A stretch of 6,011 bases of DNA from Octopus sinensis (lineage: Eukaryota), in assembly GCF_006345805.1 (NCBI RefSeq), contig NW_021829476.1, forward strand, positions 1 to 6,011, given 5' to 3'. Below the pieces are notes generated by a model. It saw nothing but the letters and a program-made list of their open reading frames with translations. It had not been told where the DNA came from and made no database searches. Within the stretch, counting starts at the first letter, position 1. Each line of letters starts with the position of its first letter. Position numbers and translations under genes: made by a program. Of the stretch, positions 5,890 to 6,011 are shown piece by piece.

Positions 5890-6011
5890 ATCGATCCATA
5901 TACTTGACACGTAGTTTATTTTTATCCACTCCAGAAGAATGAAAGTCAAAGTTAACCACGGTGGGTTTTGAACTTGGAATATAAAGAACTAAAAGTAATA
6001 TAGCAAGAATT
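5890..6011 (-). mobile_element. Remainder of the old degraded SINE B copy that hosts the dimer
   Basis: TTTTATCCACTCCAGAAGAATGAAAGTCAAAGTTAACCACGGTGGGTTTTGAACT matches the central domain and B-box; runs to the window end. Confidence 0.72.

Overview
Eukaryotic non-coding DNA made almost entirely of retrotransposon pieces and triplet microsatellites. From memory the repeat families look like those of Octopus (coleoid cephalopod); this is not verified. No intact gene is supportable, and the supplied ORFs are mostly microsatellite artefacts. Contents: (i) a tandem pair of an unclassified ~555-bp element (family A); (ii) eight loci of a minus-strand tRNA-derived SINE (family B), including one split by a GC-rich structured insert and one TSD-flanked partial dimer with an exact 184-bp period; (iii) one plus-strand composite tRNA-SINE (family C); (iv) two decayed 3' ends of R4/Dong-clade retrotransposons, recognisable only by reading through stop codons; (v) a Penelope-type minimal hammerhead ribozyme on the minus strand, enclosed by a 43-bp inverted repeat. 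The hammerhead module is the best candidate for a functional RNA element.
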